From Peribolospora baueri (lineage: Eukaryota), in the NCBI GenBank assembly GCA_029717555.1, contig JAMDHS010000057.1, forward strand, positions 62,001 through 126,000: a stretch of 64,000 bases of DNA, given 5' to 3'. Position 1 is the stretch's first letter, and each line of letters starts with the position of its first letter. A program made the position numbers and the translations under genes. Positions 63,101-64,000 of this stretch are shown here, piece by piece. The notes beneath the pieces were generated by a model that saw nothing but the letters and a program-made list of their open reading frames with translations, did no database searches and had not been told where the DNA came from.

Positions 63101-64000
63101 GTTGAGCGTGTTATCGGGGAGGGCGTGGAGGCGCGGGGAGGCGCGCCTGCGCTGGTGGGAGCCCTGGTGGCTCTGGGGCTGAGCGAGGCGCTGGGAATGG
63201 AGCGGGGAGGAGGCGGAAGAGGAGGCGAAGCTGCCTCCGAACGGTTGCGCGGACAGATAAGGGCCGGCACCGGCACCGGGTCCGGCGGGAGGCGAAGGTT
63301 GGTTGGGGTTGAACGTGAAGGCCGAAGGCGACAGGGACGTTCCGCCGGGGGAGGCCATGGAAAACACGGGGAAGCCACCTTGCGGGTGGGAACCTGGCGC
63401 GCTGAACGACGGGGTCAGGTGGCTGCGGTGCGAGTGCTGCGAGCCCGATGCTGGAGAGTGGTCATGCTGCTGGTCCATCACAGGCGATGGCGAGCGGGTC
63501 ACCATGCCGCCCGCCTGGGCGGCAAGACCCGGGTTCTTGATGGAGCGGAGGACGGTGTCGAGCGTCTTTTCCATCTTTTTCAGTGACTTGGCCATTGCTT
63601 CCGTTTTCCTGTCAAGAGAAGAGGCCACCGGACCATTTTCGTTCAACTCGCTGCCCTTTCGGTCGGCCACGTCGGCCCTGCCGACCAACCACTCACTTTA
63701 CGCTCTTCCTGCCACGATTGCTCTCCTCAAAGATACACTCGTGTCCGCCGTTCTTGCATCGCTTGCACGGAGGGCCGTTCTCAGCGCCTACGCAGCGCAT
63801 TTTCAGGCGGCGGCAGTTGGTGCATGCCCTGAGAGAAGGAAGAGGGGGGGCGAGAGCCAGGGTGGGCGACTAGGGTGAGCGACGTGACAGCTTGGGCGTA
63901 TGGAAAAGATTAAAAATAAAAAAAAATAAAAAAGGACTCCAAACTCACCTCGACCCCCTCGCCGGCTTGATCTTCTTCCCATCCGGGCCCACCTGCCGCT
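60127..64000 (-). CDS. priB: Zn(II)2Cys6 transcription factor, PriB-like (5' end lies beyond the window)
   Basis: ARGSRACTNCRRLKMRCVGAENGPPCKRCKNGGHECIFEESNRG, SLKKMEKTLDTVLRSI, LPDNTLNPLGLLAEASL, and the fungal TF middle-homology region AIRMATDLNLHRK..NRERTW. Confidence 0.9.

Noticed and set aside
1..64000. CRISPR arrays, tRNA/rRNA genes, secondary-metabolite cluster, TGA-CTA readthrough signals
   Set aside because: No spaced repeats, cloverleaf or rRNA motifs, or PKS/NRPS/terpene backbone genes were seen. The stop codons I checked lack the TGA-CTA readthrough context. The genes are functionally unrelated housekeeping neighbours.

Overview
GC-rich, intron-dense eukaryotic DNA. The gene content (priB-type Zn2Cys6 factor, Spt7, Gtr2, GT..AG introns with CTRAC-like branch sites) points to a fungus, most likely a basidiomycete. 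The six-frame ORF track is mostly noise because genes are split into many short exons, so I spliced the models by hand and the boundaries are predictions. In order: a 5'-truncated, frameshifted Tad1-like LINE; MFS sugar porter; hemerythrin-domain protein; RING/TRAF zinc-finger protein; Vma22/CCDC115; FSH1 serine hydrolase; Spt7; mitochondrial MrpL20; NAC-beta (Egd1); a possible orphan exon; gamma-tubulin complex GCP4; GH47 alpha-1,2-mannosidase; thioredoxin; an intronless 2439-aa disordered polyQ protein; class II myosin; a 153-aa ultra-acidic protein; Cdc23/APC8; a multiply frameshifted HSL-family esterase; Gtr2/RagC; and a 5'-partial PriB-like transcription factor. I see no multi-gene novel system. 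The best leads are: (1) a short-tailed myosin II whose tail is built from tandemly duplicated symmetric exons, (2) a stand-alone acidic protein resembling the H2A.Z-binding tail of ANP32E, (3) an H/ACA-like structured RNA candidate in an EGD1 intron, (4) the giant intronless ORF, and (5) the esterase with six frameshifts but an intact catalytic triad.
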